Origin: a virus
Taxonomy: Duplodnaviria > Caudoviricetes
Reading direction: 5' to 3' (one strand)
IMG/VR virus record: IMGVR_UViG_3300032136_000014
Location: 1-34,225 of that record
DNA: 34,225 nt
Shown here: piece by piece, positions 1 to 7,138 of the stretch
Position numbering within the stretch: position 1 is the stretch's first letter
Layout: every line of letters starts with the position of its first letter
Made by a program: the position numbers and the translations under genes
The notes under the pieces: model-generated
The model's database searches: none
Seen by the model: only the letters and a program-made list of their open reading frames with translations
What the model was told of the DNA's origin: nothing

Positions 1-648
1 GTGGTCAATCCTCTTCAGGCTTGAGTTTTTGAACCCGGAAAGCAGTCGCCCGATGTCGGGAGTGGTGTCGTAGTTCGATGCGATCTCGGCAGGGACTATG
101 ATTTCCTCGCCGTTCTTTATCCCCTTGACTGCCACCCGCGTCGCCGCCATGTCTTGATACAGGACATCGTAGTCAACGCTTTGAGCGTTCACAGGGTAGT
201 TTGGCAGCGGCATGTTGACGGGTGGCTGACCGATGACCGGCACCATCCCGACGATCTCATCGATCGGCTCAGAGCCCGGATCAGAGCCCGGCTCAGAGCC
301 CGGCTCAGGGGCCGGCTCAGGGGCCGGCTCAGGCTCGATTACAGGGGGGTTCGTCGGCTCCTGGGGTGGTTCTATAGGGACACCCCCGTTACCCTCGTCA
401 GGGGGTTCTGACGGCGTCTCCTGGGCGGGCTTGCACCATAGGCCATCAGGCCGCCGCACATGGGCGCACTGCTCGGGGGAGTTTAGGAAGTTCTTCAGCA
501 GGGACCGGTCGCTTTGAGACGCGGTCGTGCCTTCGAGCTGATTCCCCTCGGCATCGCTAAGGTACATGTTCGGCAGGGGGAAGTTCCACTCAGCCAGAAC
601 CCCTGCCGTCAAGAATGCCCCCATCGCGAAAAGTGCTAGTCTGCTCAT
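1..648 (-). CDS. Putative secreted/exported protein with Pro/Glu-rich linker (partial; runs off window start)
   Basis: Not in the ORF track; translated by hand from ATG 648 (ATGA overlap with the stop of 645..992). MSRLALFAMGAFLTAGVLA-EWNFPLPN... looks like a Sec signal peptide and is followed by EPEPAPEPAPEPGSEPGSDPGSEP; no stop down to base 1. Confidence 0.75.
   Translation of the reverse strand, partial: MSRLALFAMGAFLTAGVLAEWNFPLPNMYLSDAEGNQLEGTTASQSDRSLLKNFLNSPEQCAHVRRPDGLWCKPAQETPSEPPDEGNGGVPIEPPQEPTNPPVIEPEPAPEPAPEPGSEPGSDPGSEPIDEIVGMVPVIGQPPVNMPLPNYPVNAQSVDYDVLYQDMAATRVAVKGIKNGEEIIVPAEIASNYDTTPDIGRLLSGFKNSSLKRIDH
266..337. repeat. Six tandem 12-bp units (GGCTCAGAGCCC / GGCTCAGGGGCC variants), coding EPAP/EPGS on the minus strand
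   Basis: Read directly: ggctcagagccc ggatcagagccc ggctcagagccc ggctcaggggcc ggctcaggggcc ggctcaggctcg. Confidence 0.9.
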
Positions 649-992
649 CGATGATCCCTGTCCCTTTCTTTTCTCAATGCCCGTACCTGCTCTTGCAATC
701 TACTGATCTGGTTTTCACAGTAACGGATACGCACGTAGCCTTGCCGACTTTCCTTTCGGTGCTCGTTATCTACCGCCTGCGCACTCTCTAGCTTCACTAT
801 TCGATCTCGCAGGATCTTTCCGTCGGCTCCGGTGAAAGGGTCAGGCCGGCCGAAAAAGGTGCCGCCCGTACCTCCACCGATTAACGCAGCCAAGATCAAA
901 GCCAGGGGATTCCTCACTATAGCCCCGAGTAAAGAATCATCAGCCATAGTGTCATCGCCGCCGTCAGAATCAGAGCTGTTACGTCCGCCCAT
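645..992 (-). CDS. Small membrane-anchored coiled-coil protein (possible holin/lysis accessory)
   Basis: One hydrophobic segment (LLGAIVRNPLALILAALIGGG) followed by a charged heptad-like C-terminus; lies in the late operon. Start could be the downstream ATG (MADDS...). Confidence 0.5.
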   Translation of the reverse strand: MGGRNSSDSDGGDDTMADDSLLGAIVRNPLALILAALIGGGTGGTFFGRPDPFTGADGKILRDRIVKLESAQAVDNEHRKESRQGYVRIRYCENQISRLQEQVRALRKERDRDHR

Positions 993-1026
993 TCCTCCAC
1001 CTTCTTTCGTGTGTCACGCTTCATGG

Positions 1027-1524
1027 TTACAGCGCGTGCGATCCGATCTGCACTTCCATCTGGATCTTCAGGAAGTCAGAGTCCTGCAAGGTGGAGGCCA
1101 CCGAGTTTACCACGTTGAGGATCTGGCCCTGCCCGCTGCTCGCATGATTGACCGAGGCCCCAGACGCCAGTGCGACGCCGGTCAGGCCATCGGTATTGCC
1201 CGCCCAGGTAGCAACCAGGATCGCAACCTCATTGGAGCTGGTCTGCGTGGCGGCGATCTTCCGGTCTACCTCCCCGAAGTTTGAAGACCCAAGCGACGCG
1301 GCAGCGGTCACCGTACCCACTGCGAGGTACAGGAATGCCGATTGTGCGTTACTGGTAGTCATGGCGGCGAGCTGGTTCAGGCCTCCCGCGATCATGGTGT
1401 TCTTTACCCGGTGCGATTCCACCGATCCATCGGCCCGCGTGATCTCAAAATCCCATACGGCCGATACCGATACGTTGTTATCGCCGTAGAATGCCTCGAC
1501 GATGTCACTCGGTTTCTTACTCAT
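1027..1524 (-). CDS. Putative virion structural protein (collar/fibre-attachment-like beta protein)
   Basis: Ser/Thr/Ala-rich 165 aa with a VKNT...GLN...YLAVGT...EVDRK pattern reminiscent of tail-collar fibre domains; overlaps the stop of the glycosyltransferase gene. Confidence 0.5.
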   Translation of the reverse strand: MSKKPSDIVEAFYGDNNVSVSAVWDFEITRADGSVESHRVKNTMIAGGLNQLAAMTTSNAQSAFLYLAVGTVTAAASLGSSNFGEVDRKIAATQTSSNEVAILVATWAGNTDGLTGVALASGASVNHASSGQGQILNVVNSVASTLQDSDFLKIQMEVQIGSHAL

Positions 1525-4504
1525 AGCTGCTCACCCTCTCGTGAAGTACTGCATTGACAAATTGCTTGGCGTCTTCTTCGTTAAAGAATACCCCGGTCAC
1601 AGGTGCGACATTCTCGACGGCGGTGCCGCCTAATTGTTTACTGGTATCGAGCTTGAACGAGCATTCAAACCCGCCCCCAAGCACGGCTACCAATCGGCTG
1701 TAGAACGGCAGGCCGTCCACCAGCATCTTGATCTGCCCGGCCTCCATTAGGTCGGACCACATCTCAATCCCCTCTCGGGCGCGCTCGCGCATGGCCTCTG
1801 TAGGCTGGCCTCCCGTGCGCTCAAGCTCGTAACCGCACATCTGCGATATGTCGCGCATCCAGAGAAACTTACCCAGCCAGCGAGCCGGATACTGCTCTCG
1901 ATCACGGGCCATCAAGGTGATGTTGCGATCAAAGCGACCGCGCCGGATCTCCTCATTCAGGTAGCCGGTGTGCATGATATCGACCCCGGCCAGGGTCTTT
2001 GCATAGCCGACTCCTTTGTTGATCTCGCGCTCGGGATGCTCATGGACCACGCCGTAGAACCTGATCCCCTTGCGATTGCGGAACAGCCGTACCGGAAAGT
2101 CAGTCTTGAGAACGCCCAGGGGCTCGACAGCAAAGTGATGCTGCGGGATGCCGAAGCCGGTCCAGCCGTTCGGCTTGAGTACGCCCAGGAGCCGCTCAGG
2201 GTAGCTGACCACCTCGTCGGCATCGATCCACATGATCCAATCTCCTGACGCCTTGCTGATCGATTCATTGCGGGCGGCATCGAAGCCGATCTCGGTGACC
2301 GGGGCGCTCAGCTCCATAGTTCGGACTATAGGCCAGAGAGGGCACTCCTCCTCGAAAAGGTCTACGGCGCTCAGAGTCTCCCCGTTGTCGCTTGGATCAA
2401 TTGCGACGATGACCTCGTCGACCACACCCTTGACAGAGCGCAGGGTACTGAGCAGGGATGCCTCGCCGTTCTTCACAATCATGCAAAGGCTCAGGGTCTC
2501 ACGACCTCCGGCGTATCTGATCTTGCGCTCTATGTCTATCTTGCCGACCTCTTGTTCGGGATCGCATCGGAATGAGTAGACATAAGACCCAATCGCTTCG
2601 CCCTGGTAGTTGCCCGCTGGCACGCAGGTGACCCCGAAGCCCTCGAAGTGCCCGTACATGTCGTGAAGGTCGGCCCGTTCAAAGTGCCAGAGGTGCGCGC
2701 GCCAGGGATAATGTTCCTCATACCCAATCGCTTCCCAGGGGCCGTAAGGGGTGGTAATGATCATCTGCCCGCTCGGCGCATACTTCATCAGGGTATCAAC
2801 GTGACCACCGGGGTCACCGACATGCTCCAGGACCTCGGCTGCGATCACCGCATCGAACAACCCCAGGTTGCTTGTCGGGCTGATCATAGTAAGGGCAGCA
2901 TCAACAGCGGCAACGTGGAAGGATACATTTTCGATGCCCTCGTCGGCCGCCCATTTCTTAGCGGTCTTGATATTGGAGGCGGTGATGTCGATTCCGACGA
3001 ACTCGAAGTCAGGGAACCGCTTGGCCAGGGCGATGGTGTAGTGCCCGTGCGCACATCCGTAGTCCAGAACTCGAGAACCTGCCGGCAGCGCAGCGACGCT
3101 TGCAGCCACCACCTCGAAGCGGTCGTTGCCTTCCATCTCCTCAGGGCCGTAGATCGCCCCGCGCTCTTTCTCATAGGCGTAGTAGTTCGCATAGTGCTCA
3201 GCGAACCTGTCTTTAAAAGCGAAGGAATAACACTCTGAGAGCTCGGTTATTGTTCGGCTGAGAATCGAGCTGGGAACCCCCGTCTTCGAGAGTATAGATC
3301 TGGCAGCGTAGATGTCGCTGTTGCGAACCATTGACCGGGCAATCGCCGCAGTCGAGAATCGAGAGAACACCCACTCTATACGGTACAGGAGGCGATCAGC
3401 CGCAGCTTCCCAGGAATACGTCGAGGCCGTGTCTCGCTGCAGGTGACCCATGGTGATAAGGTCATACTCCTCCCCGTCGTGCATCTCGATCAGGGTCTCG
3501 ACAAACGCATCCTCATCTACTTCGCCATCCTTCAGGTCCAGCAGGATCGACCCGTCCGCATGCATGCAAGTTTCTGGCAGAGCGGCTGTGCTGCACGACA
3601 AGAACGGCAGGGCCGCTGCCATGCACTCCATGGCCGTGATGCAGCTCACCTCGGGAAAAGTGGTTGGGTATACGTGGCAATCAGCATGCTCCTGCAAGAT
3701 CGCCAAGTCCTGCTTGCTCAAGGCCCCCAGGTTGGTGACGTTCGGCAAGGCCTCGCAGGCGCGCCAGAGCATGCCATAGTAATCGGCCATCTGCGGGGTT
3801 GTGTTCTCGTAGCCGCAGACCGCGAGCTTGAAGTGATACCCGGCCTCCCAGAGCCGGTGCATGATGCCGTTAGGCTTGACCAGGTGTTCCAAGCCGCGCT
3901 CTGGCCGAGAACTGTAGGTGAGCACCAGCTCGTTTGTCTTCACACCGTCAAGGAACTCGCACAGCTTTTCCTTCTCAGGGGCCGGCGGGGGGTCGCGGTT
4001 ATACAAATCAAGATCGATGCCATTGGTAATCGGCATGACGATGTCAGGGTCGACGCCCCAGGTCTTAACGATCTCCTGCTTGTGGAACTCGCTGACTGTG
4101 AGAATGCCCTGGATGTTGTAGAGCACCTCGAAGACCAGACCCTGCTGCTCCTTGTGCGGCATGTCGTGAAGCCAAAGCAGGTTGACCTTGGATGCCCACT
4201 GATACCGGAACGCGCCGGGGGCTCGCTGGATGATCAGCACATCGCTCGGCGTATTGGATGCGTAGTAGTGGAAGCTCTCGCCGAGAGGATGTTCCTCCGA
4301 GGGCTGGCCGGCAGGGACATAGCGAACGCCGTCCCACTCACCGCCCTCTGGATGGTTTGTGAATAAGGTAACCCGGTGCCCTTCCGCTGCCAGCGACTTG
4401 GCCATGTAGTATGCCGCGCTCTCGGATCCGCCCAGGGATTTTGTCTTGATGGTCTCGCCGTTGAAGGGGAGTCCACCGCAGTGCATGATAATGAACAGAG
4501 ACAT
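1517..4504 (-). CDS. Tri-domain GT4 glycosyltransferase / class I SAM methyltransferase / GT2 glycosyltransferase
   Basis: N-term GT4: LGGSESAAYYMAKSLAAEGHRVTLF, LWLHD, E-x7-E (EVSCITAME). Middle: VLDYGCAHG, VGIDI, AAEVLEHV, IITTP. C-term GT2: LSLCMIVKN, FDAARNESI, IDADE (DxD), GVVHE. Confidence 0.9.
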   Translation of the reverse strand: MSLFIIMHCGGLPFNGETIKTKSLGGSESAAYYMAKSLAAEGHRVTLFTNHPEGGEWDGVRYVPAGQPSEEHPLGESFHYYASNTPSDVLIIQRAPGAFRYQWASKVNLLWLHDMPHKEQQGLVFEVLYNIQGILTVSEFHKQEIVKTWGVDPDIVMPITNGIDLDLYNRDPPPAPEKEKLCEFLDGVKTNELVLTYSSRPERGLEHLVKPNGIMHRLWEAGYHFKLAVCGYENTTPQMADYYGMLWRACEALPNVTNLGALSKQDLAILQEHADCHVYPTTFPEVSCITAMECMAAALPFLSCSTAALPETCMHADGSILLDLKDGEVDEDAFVETLIEMHDGEEYDLITMGHLQRDTASTYSWEAAADRLLYRIEWVFSRFSTAAIARSMVRNSDIYAARSILSKTGVPSSILSRTITELSECYSFAFKDRFAEHYANYYAYEKERGAIYGPEEMEGNDRFEVVAASVAALPAGSRVLDYGCAHGHYTIALAKRFPDFEFVGIDITASNIKTAKKWAADEGIENVSFHVAAVDAALTMISPTSNLGLFDAVIAAEVLEHVGDPGGHVDTLMKYAPSGQMIITTPYGPWEAIGYEEHYPWRAHLWHFERADLHDMYGHFEGFGVTCVPAGNYQGEAIGSYVYSFRCDPEQEVGKIDIERKIRYAGGRETLSLCMIVKNGEASLLSTLRSVKGVVDEVIVAIDPSDNGETLSAVDLFEEECPLWPIVRTMELSAPVTEIGFDAARNESISKASGDWIMWIDADEVVSYPERLLGVLKPNGWTGFGIPQHHFAVEPLGVLKTDFPVRLFRNRKGIRFYGVVHEHPEREINKGVGYAKTLAGVDIMHTGYLNEEIRRGRFDRNITLMARDREQYPARWLGKFLWMRDISQMCGYELERTGGQPTEAMRERAREGIEMWSDLMEAGQIKMLVDGLPFYSRLVAVLGGGFECSFKLDTSKQLGGTAVENVAPVTGVFFNEEDAKQFVNAVLHERVSSYE

Positions 4505-4604
4505 TGTCTACTGATTCCTCTGGTAGAGATATAGGTGACCGGTCCCAGGCCCAACCGTTGAGGCAGGATCAAAGGGGGATGCGGGCAAGGGACCGATCAT
4601 TGAC

Positions 4605-4751
4605 TTACTTCGCTGCCTGTCGGGCAGCCATCTTCTTGTCGCGCTCTGCCCGCTCCTTAGCGCTCAGCTGCTTGCCGAAAGTATCCGGCTCCTCAGCCTT
4701 GCGCTTCAGCTCCTCGGCGCGATTCGGGTCATCGTGTGATGGGCTAAGCAT
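4605..4751 (-). CDS. Small charged hypothetical protein (48 aa)
   Basis: Below the ORF-track cutoff; AGGAG RBS, then MLSPSHDDPNRAEELKRKAEEPDTFGKQLSAKERAERDKKMAARQAAK*; directly follows the capsid gene. Confidence 0.6.
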   Translation of the reverse strand: MLSPSHDDPNRAEELKRKAEEPDTFGKQLSAKERAERDKKMAARQAAK

Positions 4752-4770
4752 GTTGCTTCTCCTGGTTAGT

Positions 4771-4791
4771 GAGGGGGCGCGTGGCCCCCTC
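4771..4791 (-). terminator. GC-rich hairpin after major capsid gene (weak terminator or mRNA stabiliser)
   Basis: GAGGGGGC-N5-GCCCCCTC perfect 8-bp stem just after the capsid stop; no good U-tract. Confidence 0.5.
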
Positions 4792-4801
4792 GGGTTACGG
4801 G

Positions 4802-5755
4802 TTACTGGCTAGAGTTCACGCCGACGAGCAGGAAGCCATACTCGTCACCGACGATCTTCTCGTCCTGGTAATACCCGGCCTCGATGTCTTCCGACTTCGT
4901 GCGAGAGTCATACGGGTGACGCTCAACCTGAAGCTGCGGCAAGCCTGCTGCCGCCCAGCGGAAGGTATACATAAACGCCGGGACCTCGCGCTGCGCCGTC
5001 ATCGGGCTGTAGGAAACCAGGACGTTGTCGTCCCAGATCTGGTCCAGGCTCTCGGCCAGGCCTTCGGCACCGGTGTTCTGATAGGCATCGCCCACCAGGA
5101 CTTCGTCGACCTCCAGCAGGGCTGCAGCCTGGGCCCGGTTCACGTACCCGCCACCGTTGTTCGTGCCATGCACGATGTCGCGGATCGAGGTGTTACGGCG
5201 GAAAGAATCCCAGGCATTACGACCGAAGGTCACCCGGTTCGGGTGCTTGCCGGTGGTATCCTGAATGTTCTTGATAGCCGTCTGTACATCGCCCAGGGGG
5301 TCGGCGTTGGTGTAGTCATTCCAGCCGGAGCCGGTCGCAGAATACGATCCAACATTCGAGCCCGAAGTCACCTGCGAGGCGACGCGGACTTCCCAGTCGA
5401 GGAACAGCTTGTCGAGAACCAGCTGCGTTTTGCCGTTGATGATGCCCTGCAGCATGATCGGGTCGGCGTTTGCTCGATCCTCCAGAGTAACCGGTGAGCC
5501 CAGAGCGTAGTTCGTGCAGAAGAACGTTCCAGAGCCGACACTCTCTTGGATCTGGTTGGCCCGAGTGCCAGGGGCACGGCGGGTGTCTTCAACGCGCAGA
5601 CGATCGGCGCGGCTGAAGATCGGGAAGTACCCAGACTGCTGAGGCACCTGGGCAATGGGGGCAATCATGTCAGCGATCATGCCCTCCGGGCGGTAGCCCA
5701 GAGCCATGTTGCTGAGCATCTTGTCGATGTAAAGATCACGTCCGTTCGCAGGCAT
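4802..5755 (-). CDS. Major capsid protein (HK97 fold, capsid protein E-like)
   Basis: 317 aa; YIDKMLSNMALGYRPEGMIADMIAP N-terminus, ADPLGDV...TGKHPNRV motif; follows protease and decoration genes. Confidence 0.85.
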   Translation of the reverse strand: MPANGRDLYIDKMLSNMALGYRPEGMIADMIAPIAQVPQQSGYFPIFSRADRLRVEDTRRAPGTRANQIQESVGSGTFFCTNYALGSPVTLEDRANADPIMLQGIINGKTQLVLDKLFLDWEVRVASQVTSGSNVGSYSATGSGWNDYTNADPLGDVQTAIKNIQDTTGKHPNRVTFGRNAWDSFRRNTSIRDIVHGTNNGGGYVNRAQAAALLEVDEVLVGDAYQNTGAEGLAESLDQIWDDNVLVSYSPMTAQREVPAFMYTFRWAAAGLPQLQVERHPYDSRTKSEDIEAGYYQDEKIVGDEYGFLLVGVNSSQ

Positions 5756-5757
5756 GA

Positions 5758-6099
5758 TTAACCTCCGTTAGTTGCGAAGTTGACGATGCCGGTGAACACG
5801 CCGCCAGAAGCGACAGCGGTGAGGGCTTTACCGCATTGCAGAGCCCCCGAGTTCACAGCGACGAAATAGCCGGTGGAGTTCACCCCTACGGATGCACCAG
5901 CCGTGATAGCCCCACCGGCTTTGAGACGCGAACGCCCCATGAATACCAGAGAGGCATCCTCTCCAGATTCCGGCTTGTTGTCGAGGACGCCAAAGGCGAC
6001 CCGGACGGTGCCCGCAACGGTGCCGTCTACTCCGATAGCAAGGCCCTGGCTACCGGACAGATCAGCGCCGGCACGAACGGCGAGTTTTTCGTTATACAT
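5758..6099 (-). CDS. Capsid decoration/cement protein (DUF2190-like)
   Basis: 113 aa, Gly/Ala/Val-rich, KAGGAITAGASV and GKALTA motifs; sits between protease and capsid genes. Confidence 0.75.
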   Translation of the reverse strand: MYNEKLAVRAGADLSGSQGLAIGVDGTVAGTVRVAFGVLDNKPESGEDASLVFMGRSRLKAGGAITAGASVGVNSTGYFVAVNSGALQCGKALTAVASGGVFTGIVNFATNGG

Positions 6100-6112
6100 A
6101 ATGGCGACCTCC

Positions 6113-7138
6113 TCAGTCGTTCATGTTGATGTAGGCACGGGCCAGCTCGGGATTCCGTCGGAAAGCCCGCTGCTGAGCGGTGGCATAATCCACCTGCTCC
6201 TTGTCCACGATGTCGCTGATAATGGTATCCAGCTCGACATCGGGGGAGCCTGCGGCTGCGCCACCCTGACCACCACCCTGCTCACTTCGCGCAAACAGTC
6301 CGCGCTCTTTTCCCTGGTCGGACAAAGCCTCGACCGTGAACTTTACAGCGGTGATAGTCGCCTCGTCGGTAAGCGACGCAGAGAACTGGTCCCGCTTGGC
6401 AGGGGTCAGGAGGCCCGCTTCCACGAGTGTCTCCATCTCGCCGCGCAGGTCCTCAACCTTACGGTTAAACTCCGCCTTCGCAGCCGCTTCGGCCTGCTCC
6501 TGTTTATCCCTTTCAAGCGCTTCGTTCTGCGCCTTGAAGGTCGCCGCCTGCGTAGTAGCTTCGGTAAGTTGCTCACGCAGAGCGGACATCTCTTGCTTCA
6601 GTCGTTCGATTTCTTCCATCTCGAAGTCCTCTCGTTTGTTAAACAAAGCCCCTGTACCTACGCTGAAACACGCATGGCGACCGGTGGGATTGTAGTTACC
6701 ACCTTCGCGCCGGGAGGCCACATAAGCGCTGAGATCATTGAGCCCATTGACTGCGGGCAATTCAGCCCCGAGCAATGCGACTCCAGTCAGCACCAGATCG
6801 AACTCAGCATCACCGTGCTTAACGGCGATGTCTAGCTCAATGCTTTTATTGCGATACATCTTGTTTTGCATCGCCTTATAGGCAAGCTCGGGAATATCCA
6901 CGAACTTGGCCATCAATTTCTCACCCTCGACCCACACACTATCAACCCAGCCCAGGGCCGGCTGCCCGTCCTCGTCCATCTCGACGCCGGGCTTGTGACC
7001 CATCTTGAGCGGAACGTCGAGCATGCCCTTGAAGTGCTCAAAGGAATCAACGATGGCCTGGAGGTCCTCTGCCGCGAACGCCATGCCGTTCCAATAGCCG
7101 ACGGAGAAGATCTCCTCGGTGGTGGTATATGTCTTCAC
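6113..7138 (-). CDS. Mu gpI-type prohead protease with C-terminal scaffold
   Basis: PLKMGH, PALGWV, YRNKSIE, LTGVALLG..PAVNGL protease motifs; coiled-coil C-terminal half starting near MEEIERLKQE. Confidence 0.85.
   Translation of the reverse strand: MKTYTTTEEIFSVGYWNGMAFAAEDLQAIVDSFEHFKGMLDVPLKMGHKPGVEMDEDGQPALGWVDSVWVEGEKLMAKFVDIPELAYKAMQNKMYRNKSIELDIAVKHGDAEFDLVLTGVALLGAELPAVNGLNDLSAYVASRREGGNYNPTGRHACFSVGTGALFNKREDFEMEEIERLKQEMSALREQLTEATTQAATFKAQNEALERDKQEQAEAAAKAEFNRKVEDLRGEMETLVEAGLLTPAKRDQFSASLTDEATITAVKFTVEALSDQGKERGLFARSEQGGGQGGAAAGSPDVELDTIISDIVDKEQVDYATAQQRAFRRNPELARAYINMND

Noticed and set aside
154-517. Plus-strand ORFs 154..411 and 233..517 with RARL/GSEP repeats
   Set aside because: Shadow frames of the minus-strand gene starting at 648; the near-palindromic 12-mer keeps several frames open.
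5873-6835. Long antisense ORFs (also 3443..4366, 4769..5497, 14735..15316, 16427..17002, 23410..24015)
   Set aside because: They lie opposite well-supported genes in GC-rich DNA and have no recognisable motifs.
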